NCBI GenBank assembly: GCA_038065475.1
Contig: JBBTQY010000009.1
Coordinates: forward strand, 1-54,984
Direction: 5' to 3'
DNA: 54,984 nt
Source: Patescibacteria group bacterium
GTDB lineage: Bacteria; Patescibacteriota; Minisyncoccia; Ryanbacterales; GWA2-47-10b
Both the position numbers and the translations under genes were made by a program. The notes beneath the pieces were generated by a model. It saw only the letters and a list, made by a program, of their open reading frames with translations, was not told where the DNA came from and searched no databases. The stretch's first letter is position 1; the number at the start of each line of letters is the position of its first letter. This document shows positions 28,158 to 36,036 of this stretch, piece after piece.

Positions 28158-29705
28158 TTAGAGTGCACCTATCGAAGCCAAGCTATTTAATCTATCTACA
28201 CCTTCATCAAGTTTTGCGATAAAATCCTTTATTGAGAAATTGTAAATATCTAATCCGTCTTTATGCTTAATAAAAGCAGCCCAACGTACAGTATCTTGAT
28301 GAATATTCGGAGCAATAAAGAAAGTTACTGTATTGGGGTATTGGTTCCTAAAACTCTCCAAGTGTCTACTGATCGGCGGCATTTCGCGCGATACCTGAGC
28401 TGCTCCATTTAAAAGCGTTACCTCAAGAAGCGTCGTCTCTTCGTTCTCATAGCATTCAATATCCGCTCCATTCCCTGGAGCATGTGACGAGGGTAAGCCT
28501 TCGTCATCAGAAATATAGTTAGGCTTTACCCTTGCCGACGGGATTCTACTCAATACGGCAAGTGAGGTAAGAAACTCGAGTCGGAGAGGACTTGGGATAA
28601 GTGCGAGCACCTCGTCGGATGAGGATGGGCTACTGGTTGTGAGCTTAAGAATTTCGCCCTTGATAGTGTCCCAACTAAAGTGATTAATCCACTTCTGCAA
28701 AAGCTGGTTTTCCTGTTCTACGCTGGTCTCATACACGCGCTCAATGGAGATAAGTTGTTCGTCTACAGTGGAGATATAGTCAAAATATTCTCGCTCAGTT
28801 GAATATGTGTCGTACTGAGCATATTTCTCAATTACGTAATTTACCTTGGCCTCCTCTTTTTTGTTGATATCTATAAACTGCCCATAGCCGCGTACGGTTA
28901 TCAGTCCAGTGAGGCGCATTTTGCGAAGAAAGTCGTCAGGATACTCAAGCATTATTGTCTTGTCGGGTTTCGATGCGTGACGACCTCCAGTTAATGCGTC
29001 TGCCTCGCGAAGAATAACCTCCCAACTCGGATCGTAACTATGCTCGGCACGGATTGCTTTGATTTTTTGGTAAAGAGCTTCAGCATCATTATCACGCCAC
29101 GTAAGGAGTAGTGGGATTTCAAGCTTTGTTATACCTGCTCCATTAAAATCAGAATCAGCGTTCAATTTTTTAATGACTTGCAAGAGCAGTATCAGGGGTG
29201 CGTTTTCGTTAGATACGCGCCGCAATGGATTTTTACGTTGATACTTGGCAAAAGCATTGAGAAATGCCTGCTGCTCAAACTCCGGGTGTTCAGTATCAGC
29301 GAGCTTAAGCCCAACTTGAGAGAACTTAATTTGCTCGCCCATATTGTAGTAAACAAAACCAAGCTCTTTAGCTATTTTGAGATAAGTATCAAATCTTGAA
29401 GGCCAACCTTTATCAAAACCGGCTTCTTTATGATTCTGTGGGTTATCTCTCATTACAACAGCAAGCTCCTCATCTGAAAGGAGCTGGACTTGCTTCCATT
29501 TACTTTTGACTACCGCACTCACATTTACGGGCTTATAAAGACCGGCTCTGATAAGCTCTCCGACAATTTCCTCTGCCAATTCATTGGTTAAGACCCTACC
29601 ATCGAACTTCTTAAGCAGGGCAAGCATACCCTTCAATCGTTCAGGGTTTCTGAGCGTTGTAGTAAATAGAAGTGGCTTATACTGGTTCTGGCGACGTATA
29701 GGCAT
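28158..29705 (-). CDS. Candidate Type II (IIS-like) restriction endonuclease
   Basis: 515-aa ORF 2 nt downstream of two m6A DNA methyltransferase genes, with the same AT-rich composition. There is no recognisable catalytic motif by eye; the call rests on context and size. Confidence 0.45.
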   Translation of the reverse strand: MPIRRQNQYKPLLFTTTLRNPERLKGMLALLKKFDGRVLTNELAEEIVGELIRAGLYKPVNVSAVVKSKWKQVQLLSDEELAVVMRDNPQNHKEAGFDKGWPSRFDTYLKIAKELGFVYYNMGEQIKFSQVGLKLADTEHPEFEQQAFLNAFAKYQRKNPLRRVSNENAPLILLLQVIKKLNADSDFNGAGITKLEIPLLLTWRDNDAEALYQKIKAIRAEHSYDPSWEVILREADALTGGRHASKPDKTIMLEYPDDFLRKMRLTGLITVRGYGQFIDINKKEEAKVNYVIEKYAQYDTYSTEREYFDYISTVDEQLISIERVYETSVEQENQLLQKWINHFSWDTIKGEILKLTTSSPSSSDEVLALIPSPLRLEFLTSLAVLSRIPSARVKPNYISDDEGLPSSHAPGNGADIECYENEETTLLEVTLLNGAAQVSREMPPISRHLESFRNQYPNTVTFFIAPNIHQDTVRWAAFIKHKDGLDIYNFSIKDFIAKLDEGVDRLNSLASIGAL

Positions 29706-29706
29706 G

Positions 29707-30618
29707 TTAGTAGTTGGTGATTAGTACCTCGGTTATCTTTTTCTTAGTGTTGTCGTGATAGCTTATATAGTTGCTATCTATAGGAAAAACGTTGTAATCC
29801 TGCATCCAAGCTAGCAATTTTTCGTTCTTTCTACCATTGTAAGTAGTGATATTAGAGAGGGCGAACTTGATCCCCAATTTATTGAGCCCTGTGAGGATTT
29901 CCAATAAATCGGCCTCCTCTTTCTCGCCCCAGAACTTATTGTACTCACTTGCGGAGATAAGATAGGGCGGATCGACGTATACGAAGTCATTTTTTTTGAG
30001 CCTCAAGCTACCTATGAACTTTTTAAAATCTTGGCTGTAGAGTTTTATGTCCTTATCTCTTACCGTTGAGAAGTAAGTTTGGAGAGCTTGCAGGACATTT
30101 TGGTTAAAGTCCACGTTGCCGACAGGAATATTGAACTCACCGCTCTTGTTGAAGCGAAGCATGCGGTTAAAGCCGTATATGAGCAGAAGGTATAGGGTGA
30201 GAGGGTCTTTCTTTTTTGTCTTGTTGTAATCCGCCTTGAGCGCACCATATCCTTTGCGGTTGAACTCGGCATAATAAGTTTTGACCCACTTCTTTTTGAG
30301 CGCGCGGGGCACCACGTTCTCGAATACGGATCGGGACAAATTATAGTGCTCCAACATTGTCCGAACGCGCTTCATGAGACCCTTTTCTTTTGCCACTTGG
30401 CTTATTAAAAACTTGTGTAGGGAGATAATGTTCTTGTCTATATCGTTGAGAGCATAGTGTCGCGCCTCTATATTAAGGAAAACACTCCCGCCGCCTAAAA
30501 AGGGCTCAACGAAAGTGTTTATTTCCTTCGGGAAGTGCTTTTTAATTTTCCTAACTAGCTTATACTTGTCGCCAACATAAAAGAATGGCGAGCGGTTAAA
30601 CCGTTTCTCTGGGCTCAT
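29707..30618 (-). CDS. Dam-class (alpha-group) N6-adenine DNA methyltransferase
   Basis: FVEPFLGGGSVFL (motif I/X) near the N-terminus and VDPPY (motif IV) near the C-terminus. Confidence 0.85.
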   Translation of the reverse strand: MSPEKRFNRSPFFYVGDKYKLVRKIKKHFPKEINTFVEPFLGGGSVFLNIEARHYALNDIDKNIISLHKFLISQVAKEKGLMKRVRTMLEHYNLSRSVFENVVPRALKKKWVKTYYAEFNRKGYGALKADYNKTKKKDPLTLYLLLIYGFNRMLRFNKSGEFNIPVGNVDFNQNVLQALQTYFSTVRDKDIKLYSQDFKKFIGSLRLKKNDFVYVDPPYLISASEYNKFWGEKEEADLLEILTGLNKLGIKFALSNITTYNGRKNEKLLAWMQDYNVFPIDSNYISYHDNTKKKITEVLITNY

Positions 30619-31877
30619 ATTACTTTAGTAATAAATAGCCATTCTTGGTGATTATCAAAGTTGGTTTTGCCTGCATTAAAGTACGTGTGGTCTTTTTTAA
30701 ACACCTTTGTCTTACCCTTCGCACTCAAAATCCGACGGATATCCGCCAATTCAATCTTATTTTTAGAAGAACTGCTCTTGGAATTGTAGGTGTTGTTGTA
30801 GGACACCACGATATATTTCGCCTTGAGGTTATCAATGAGGTCGGCAAAAACTACAGGGGCTTTTATGCGACAGTAGTCGCTCATATTTTCCTCCGGGCGT
30901 TTCAGTGCAACGCCGAAAAGCTTGGGTTTATCGGCAAGGGTTAGAGTCTCAAGTACGTGATAGAAACGGCTGTACTGGCGAGAATTGTACGGCGGGTCTA
31001 TGTAAACAACATCAGTGGTCATTTTGCGAGCGAGCTCGTTAGCGTCCTCTCGGCAAATGGAAACGCTCGCCGCTTTGATGAGTGGCTCTATGAGACGGAA
31101 GCTAAACTTCTTGTCGGCGACACTCTTGCCGAAAAAGGCGTCGTAGTGTCCTACGGTATTGGCAATTTTATCCGCTGAATATAGAAGCGAGGTCAGAAGT
31201 ATGTAGTATTCCTTATTGTTTAACTCTCCCCGGTGTTCCTCCAAGTCGTTGCGTATATGACCGATCAGTTTTGCAGAGGTGGTAGTGAAGTATTTGCCGC
31301 CGAAACTCTTGGAAAAAAAAGATGAACGAGCATCATTTGGGGTAAGCGAGTTGTAGTAGCAAACAAAATCCAATACCTTTTGCCTGTTGTAAGGTTCTTG
31401 TGCAAAAAAGCCCTGGTAAGCCGCGTAGTTTGAGTGTAGTAAATCGTTGAGAATGATTTTCTTATACAACCGAGCGGCGCGAGCAGAGATAACACCCGTG
31501 CCAGCAAAAATATCGGCAAAACTCTCGCCCTTACATTCCTTTTTTATGTGTTCAAAAATCCAATCAAGAAGCTTTGATTTACTTCCGATATATCGTCTAT
31601 TTTCTATATCAATTGTTGGTAATGGAAGTAAAGCCCCAAAACCACCCTCTATGGCTTGCTCAAAAGAAGAATCTATCAAGGGCATATCCCTATAATAACA
31701 CTGACTCGTGCTATGATGGTTTGCAGCTTGGGATAACTTATTTTTTATATCTCCCTGGCCAACATACGGGGCATGTGGGCTGGGTTTTGGTTTTTTGAAA
31801 TTGATGCCCGCGGCTACAGGTCTTCCATACACCTTCATGTCTGAAACAAAAATCACTACCCTCTTTGGCGGATACAA
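30615..31877 (-). CDS. Second D12-class N6-adenine DNA methyltransferase. The real start is probably an internal Met near 31685
   Basis: FADIFAGTGVISARAA (AdoMet-binding motif I) and IDPPYNSRQY (motif IV). A 4-nt overlap joins it to the downstream Dam-like gene. Confidence 0.8.
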   Translation of the reverse strand: MYPPKRVVIFVSDMKVYGRPVAAGINFKKPKPSPHAPYVGQGDIKNKLSQAANHHSTSQCYYRDMPLIDSSFEQAIEGGFGALLPLPTIDIENRRYIGSKSKLLDWIFEHIKKECKGESFADIFAGTGVISARAARLYKKIILNDLLHSNYAAYQGFFAQEPYNRQKVLDFVCYYNSLTPNDARSSFFSKSFGGKYFTTTSAKLIGHIRNDLEEHRGELNNKEYYILLTSLLYSADKIANTVGHYDAFFGKSVADKKFSFRLIEPLIKAASVSICREDANELARKMTTDVVYIDPPYNSRQYSRFYHVLETLTLADKPKLFGVALKRPEENMSDYCRIKAPVVFADLIDNLKAKYIVVSYNNTYNSKSSSSKNKIELADIRRILSAKGKTKVFKKDHTYFNAGKTNFDNHQEWLFITKVI

Positions 31878-31926
31878 TGCATTTTTTGCCCTTAGTATTG
31901 ATCGCCTTACAAAGCTTCTTTGGCAT
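31738..31926 (-). CDS. Possible 62-aa Cys-rich zinc-ribbon peptide upstream of, or overlapping, the methyltransferase 5' end
   Basis: Regularly spaced Cys/His (C6,C16,C27,H30,C37,H41,C52,C55). It competes with the N-terminal extension of the methyltransferase ORF in another frame. Confidence 0.3.
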   Translation of the reverse strand: MPKKLCKAINTKGKKCIVSAKEGSDFCFRHEGVWKTCSRGHQFQKTKTQPTCPVCWPGRYKK

Positions 31927-32046
31927 AACCTAAAAATCGCACTTTTGGCCTGATTTTACAAGCAAAAAGTGGCCTTGTGCATCAAGGGTGACTTTTGCTG
32001 CCTGAGCCGGCGTTACACTATACACATGAATAACGATAATAATATA

Positions 32047-32075
32047 TTGACAAACGATAAGCCATAAATTATAGT
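32047..32075 (+). promoter_or_regulatory. Sigma70-type promoter (TTGACA-17 nt-TATAGT) for the DUF2975/XRE pair
   Basis: TTGACA at 32047-32052, 17-nt spacer, TATAGT at 32070-32075, about 30 nt upstream of the ATG at 32106. Confidence 0.5.
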
Positions 32076-32105
32076 GTAATTATAAATTATTCATAAAAAC
32101 CATCT

Positions 32106-32588
32106 ATGAAAAAAAGCTCAACAATATTTCTTCAAATAATCATTGTACTTTTCGGCATTGGTACCCTTGCCCTCTTGCTTTGGGAGCCTCACCTCGAAGG
32201 CGTGAATGCGAACGCCACCTCGCTCTATGAAATATACTTTGACGATCCTTTTTTGGCGCTTGTGTATGCGGGCTCTATTCCATTTTTTGTCGCACTCTAT
32301 CAGGCAATCAAAGTACTGGGATATGCCGGGCAAAATAAAGTATTTTCTTTGGCAGCCGTAAAATCTCTGCGAACTATAAAATATTGCGCAATAACTATCA
32401 TCGGTTTTGTCATGGTAGAAGAAATGTTTATCATACTCAACCACGGCAATGATGACGCTGCGGGTGCTATTATGATGGGCGTCTTTATCGCCTTTGGCTC
32501 GGGTGTGATTGCCACTGCCGCAGCTGTGTTTGAAAAAACCCTACAGAGTGCCGTCGATATAAAATCTGAAAACGATTTAACTGTATAA
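32106..32588 (+). CDS. DUF2975-family membrane protein
   Basis: Four TM helices. It lies immediately upstream of a YozG-like XRE regulator, a conserved gene pair. Confidence 0.6.
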   Translation: MKKSSTIFLQIIIVLFGIGTLALLLWEPHLEGVNANATSLYEIYFDDPFLALVYAGSIPFFVALYQAIKVLGYAGQNKVFSLAAVKSLRTIKYCAITIIGFVMVEEMFIILNHGNDDAAGAIMMGVFIAFGSGVIATAAAVFEKTLQSAVDIKSENDLTV

Positions 32589-32589
32589 C

Positions 32590-32790
32590 ATGGCGATCAT
32601 CATTAACATCGATGTCATGCTCGCAAGGCGTAAAATGAGCGTCACCGAGCTTGCCGACAAAGTTGGCATCACCATGGCCAATATCTCCATCTTGAAAAAT
32701 GGCAAGGCCAAGGCTATTCGCCTCTCAACCCTGGCAGCAATCTGCAAAGCCTTGCAGTGTCAACCGGGTGATATTTTGGAATACAAATAA
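32590..32790 (+). CDS. XRE-family (Cro/C1-type) helix-turn-helix transcriptional regulator, YozG-like
   Basis: MSVTELADKVGITMANISILKNGKAKAIRLSTLAAICKALQCQPGDIL is a classic HTH_3 sequence. Confidence 0.8.
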   Translation: MAIIINIDVMLARRKMSVTELADKVGITMANISILKNGKAKAIRLSTLAAICKALQCQPGDILEYK

Positions 32791-32815
32791 AAAATATTTG
32801 TTACCCTCTATCACC

Positions 32816-33196
32816 TTATTTCTTCTCTTCTTTGCTGTAGTCGTACCACACTACCTCTACATTGTGGCCATCAGCATCATGCACAAATGCGGCATAGTAG
32901 CCGGGCCAGTACTCGGTGCGATACCCGGGCGCACCGTTGTCAGCTGCACCTGCGGCAAGTGCTGCCTTATAAAACTCATCTACCTGCTCTTTGTTTTTTG
33001 CCTCAAAGGCAATATGCCCGGGAATAACTCCCTTGGGGTTGGTACTGATCCAAAAGCTTGTATGTCCACCCTCAATAAAGCCTGCAGCCTCGCCGTATTC
33101 CATATTGTTTGTATAGCCGAGCGGGGCTAAAGCTTTGATATAAAACTCTTTTGCTTTTTTGTAGTCGCTCACGTGGAGCCCTGTATGTGCAATCAT
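32816..33196 (-). CDS. VOC-family glyoxalase-like protein
   Basis: HTGLHVSDYKKAKEFY...HIAFEAKNKEQVDEFY...HDADGHNVEVV glyoxalase fold motifs. Confidence 0.75.
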   Translation of the reverse strand: MIAHTGLHVSDYKKAKEFYIKALAPLGYTNNMEYGEAAGFIEGGHTSFWISTNPKGVIPGHIAFEAKNKEQVDEFYKAALAAGAADNGAPGYRTEYWPGYYAAFVHDADGHNVEVVWYDYSKEEKK

Positions 33197-33214
33197 GCGC
33201 CTAGTATAACTTAT

Positions 33215-33985
33215 TTATTTACACGCAAAAATGATCTCGTGGTTTTTTTGGTCGCCGAGGGTTACCTCTGTAGTTTTTTTGAGTAGTGATTGGCCGTTGA
33301 ACGTAACATCTTTGATGCCGGTAGGAATTTGAAATGACAAGTTGAGCTTGAGCGCACTCAAATAAAGAAATCCTGACTGCGTACCATCAATGGTGACGGT
33401 GACAGCGGGCAGTACCGCTACTGCTGACTGGCCACTCTCGATTGGTTCTTTTGGCAGCTGAAGACCCGGCAGCGGTATAGGTAATGACCCGGGTATCATG
33501 GGGCCGCAGCCTTGGTTTTTGATAGTCATATTCACCGATGTCGCCTGTAATGTTACTGCGGCACCTACGGCCACAATAGTAATAATACCCATAGGCCCTT
33601 TGGCTGCAGCAAATATTTTACCCCAGAAAGATTTTTGCGAGAGCGCATGCTCCCCGCCCGGTGTATTAAGCTCCGCCTCGACGCGCTTGATCTCACTGCC
33701 AAGATCTTTCCAAAACCGAATCAAGAGCAAGAGGGCCTTCTTGCGTTTTTTTTGATCTTCCGTATTTTCGGGCAAGTGTTCGGCCGATAGCTCGATATAT
33801 TCGCTATTATCTATCTTTTCATACTGTGAGAAGGCGTCATCGGCCGCCTTGAGGCGCTCATCAAGCCGCGGGTGGATGCCGCGAATAAGCTCACGCGCTG
33901 AGCTCATCTTTTGACGCGAAGTGGTATCGCCCACAAACAACGCGTGGGCGGCCTCGAGCCGCGCTTTGGCATCTTTATACTTCAT
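33215..33985 (-). CDS. Hypothetical protein with a central TM helix
   Basis: 256-aa ORF. It starts 9 nt downstream of the small Cys-rich ORF, so the two are probably co-transcribed. Confidence 0.45.
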   Translation of the reverse strand: MKYKDAKARLEAAHALFVGDTTSRQKMSSARELIRGIHPRLDERLKAADDAFSQYEKIDNSEYIELSAEHLPENTEDQKKRKKALLLLIRFWKDLGSEIKRVEAELNTPGGEHALSQKSFWGKIFAAAKGPMGIITIVAVGAAVTLQATSVNMTIKNQGCGPMIPGSLPIPLPGLQLPKEPIESGQSAVAVLPAVTVTIDGTQSGFLYLSALKLNLSFQIPTGIKDVTFNGQSLLKKTTEVTLGDQKNHEIIFACK

Positions 33986-33993
33986 ATCGAAAA

Positions 33994-34167
33994 TTACTTT
34001 TGCTCGGGCTCGGGCTCGGTGTCGTGATCTTGGCGGCCGTTGTGCTTGCCGTCAGTACAATCGCAAGCCTCTAACGGCATGTTGTGCTTTGGGCACATCT
34101 CGGCGCCGCAAACTCCTTCTTTGTCTGATACACCCTTGCAGGTGCCCGTACATATATAGTGCGTCAT
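33994..34167 (-). CDS. 57-aa Cys/His-rich peptide (MTHYICTGTCKGVSDKEGVCGAEMCPKHNMPLEACDCTDGKHNGRQDHDTEPEPEQK). It is absent from the ORF track, which contains no ORF shorter than 60 aa
   Basis: Translated by hand from the minus strand. Seven Cys and four His in CxxxC, CxxxxC and CxC spacing suggest a metal-binding peptide. Acidic EPEPE tail encoded by a ctcggg tandem repeat. Confidence 0.45.
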   Translation of the reverse strand: MTHYICTGTCKGVSDKEGVCGAEMCPKHNMPLEACDCTDGKHNGRQDHDTEPEPEQK

Positions 34168-34202
34168 AACTTAAAAATCCCATAAAAAGATAGGATTTAC
34201 AA

Positions 34203-34248
34203 GAAATGAAAAAGGGCGTCGGCGTGTCCGTAGACACTGCCGACGCCC
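34203..34248 (-). terminator. Strong rho-independent terminator after the GC-rich gene 34260-35189
   Basis: About 15-bp GC stem gggcgtcggcgtgtc/gacactgccgacgccc. On the minus strand it is followed by tttttcatttctt. Confidence 0.7.
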
Positions 34249-34259
34249 TCGTGCTTCGC

Positions 34260-35189
34260 TCACCTGCTGGCGAGCGTTCTTTCGATGATCTCCGTCACCT
34301 CCTTGGGCGTGAGCCGACTACCGCTCACACGTGGACTACCGATGACGAAATCACCGCCGCCCCATAGGTCGCCGATCGTAGGACCCTCTGCCTCATTGAG
34401 TCGCGCGCAAAACTTTGGGATCGGAAACGGCACGAACTGTGACGATCGGCAGACCACGTAGCCATACCGGCCATTGGGCAGCTCGCGGACCACCACGAAC
34501 GCCTTGTTGCCATCGGCGAAGACTGCAAGACGTGCATTGGCACCCATCTCCCGCACCATGATCCAGCCCGAATGCCGCGCCACGATGTCATAGCGTGTAT
34601 CGAGCTTGATGGCGTCCGCCTTGCCCGCGACATACGCGAGCACCCGCTGCTCGACATCGAGAATCACTTGCGCGAACTCGTCGGCACGACGATGATCGAG
34701 CCGACCCGAAACGCGGAAGCGATGATAAGGGTTGAACATCCACATCACCTGGTGGAGCGTGCCGAGATCGCGCGGGAATGGATAAGCGCCCGCCGTCGTA
34801 TCGAGCATGTCTTCCATGAACACGAGGCGATTGATGAGTGGATTCATCGTGCCCGTTACGAGATGCGCGTGACGCAGGAGCGTAATCGAGAGACAGACAT
34901 CCTCATCACAATCATTGACGAAGACATTGGCATCGAATGCTCCCGTCTCGTCCGAGAATGCCTCGACCAAACCTTGGCGCAACGCCATGAGAACCTGCGC
35001 GCAGGTAGCGCGTGTCTCAAGTCGCGAGACGCCATCGTGATGGTTGAAGTTGGCCCATGGACCCTGAGGATTGAAACGTGGCCCCTCCGACACGTAACCA
35101 TCGAGCGCAATTGAGCGCGGGCGTGCATGCGTCTGAAAAGTGCGCCAACGTACTGGAATCTTTTTGGGATCCACATACAAATTGATCAT
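34260..35189 (-). CDS. Hypothetical protein, compositionally GC-enriched relative to its neighbours
   Basis: 309-aa ORF with clean codon periodicity and its own strong terminator. No domain recognised by eye. Confidence 0.55.
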   Translation of the reverse strand: MINLYVDPKKIPVRWRTFQTHARPRSIALDGYVSEGPRFNPQGPWANFNHHDGVSRLETRATCAQVLMALRQGLVEAFSDETGAFDANVFVNDCDEDVCLSITLLRHAHLVTGTMNPLINRLVFMEDMLDTTAGAYPFPRDLGTLHQVMWMFNPYHRFRVSGRLDHRRADEFAQVILDVEQRVLAYVAGKADAIKLDTRYDIVARHSGWIMVREMGANARLAVFADGNKAFVVVRELPNGRYGYVVCRSSQFVPFPIPKFCARLNEAEGPTIGDLWGGGDFVIGSPRVSGSRLTPKEVTEIIERTLASR

Positions 35190-35303
35190 CGTCGTCTCCT
35201 TTCCTTTCTTGGATTATGAGGAGATCTATCATGAACTACTAAAAGAGATTATGCCATGTTTTTAATAAAAAATCAAGATAATGTAAATAACCCGCGTAGA
35301 AAC

Positions 35304-35335
35304 AAAAAAAGCCCTCTGAATTAAGGGCTTTTTTG
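35304..35335 (-). terminator. Rho-independent terminator downstream of the CxxC-x17-CxxC protein gene
   Basis: aaaaaaagccct-ctgaatta-agggctttttt hairpin with flanking A/T runs. Confidence 0.6.
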
Positions 35336-35339
35336 TCTT

Positions 35340-36005
35340 TTATTTCTTCTTTGCTTTTTTGGGGGCTACTGCCTTTTTGGCTGGAGCCTTCTTGGCGGGC
35401 GCTTTTTCTTTTGGCGCCTCGGCTGCGGGTTTTGCAGTTTCTTTTGGTGCAAGAAGCGTGATCAGTTTATCAAGCTTGGCATTAAGAGCGTTGAACTGTT
35501 GTGTGTAATCTGCACCTCGAGAACCGCCCTTGTCAGTAAACTTGCGGTCATCAAAGCTGCGCTTTGGGCGTTCGTCGCGTGATGGGCCGTCGAGTGAAAG
35601 GTCACCACCAGCGCCAGCACTACCAAAGCAATCATTGCAATAAGTTGGGCGTCCGCCGGTTGGCAAAAATGGCACTTCGCACTTTTTGCCACAATTGCTG
35701 CAAGTAGCTGAATACATGCGACGCTCTTCGAAGTTTCTGCCACCACGATCTTTGCGGTCAAAATTACGTCCGCCATCGCGCTCAGATCCGCCGTCGCGTT
35801 CTTTATCAAAACAGTCACTGCAATATACGGGGCGCTCGCCCGTAGGACGAAAAGGTACCTGACACTGCTTGCCACACTTGCCGCAAATAGCATCATGCAT
35901 CTGGGGGCGCTCAGAGCGTCCGCCAAAGCCGCCTCGCTTGCCGAATCTATCCCCGCCTCCTCGGTTGTTTTTGTTGAAATAGGCCATATATATAGTAGAT
36001 GACAA
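35340..36005 (-). CDS. Tandem CxxC-x17-CxxC zinc-ribbon protein with Arg/Gly-rich linkers and a Lys/Ala-rich histone-H1-like C-terminal tail. Putative nucleic-acid-binding protein
   Basis: Two copies of C-x2-CGK-x-C-x-VPF-x-PTG-x-RP-x-YC-x-DCF with exactly 17 residues between the CxxC pairs. NRGGGDRFGKRGGFGGR glycine-arginine stretches and a KPAAEAPKEKAPAKKAPAKKAVAPKKAKKK tail. Confidence 0.65.
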   Translation of the reverse strand: MSSTIYMAYFNKNNRGGGDRFGKRGGFGGRSERPQMHDAICGKCGKQCQVPFRPTGERPVYCSDCFDKERDGGSERDGGRNFDRKDRGGRNFEERRMYSATCSNCGKKCEVPFLPTGGRPTYCNDCFGSAGAGGDLSLDGPSRDERPKRSFDDRKFTDKGGSRGADYTQQFNALNAKLDKLITLLAPKETAKPAAEAPKEKAPAKKAPAKKAVAPKKAKKK

Positions 36006-36036
36006 CTATATACTATTTATCAAAAAATAGCAAGGG

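Noticed and set aside
31927-32046. Hairpin-like ccttgtgcatcaagg upstream of the R-M operon
   Set aside because: Only a 5-bp stem with no T-run. It could be an operator, but the evidence is too weak to call.
34001-34022. Tandem hexamer (ctcggg)x3
   Set aside because: It lies inside the 57-aa ORF and simply encodes the EPEPEP acidic tail. It is not a regulatory repeat.
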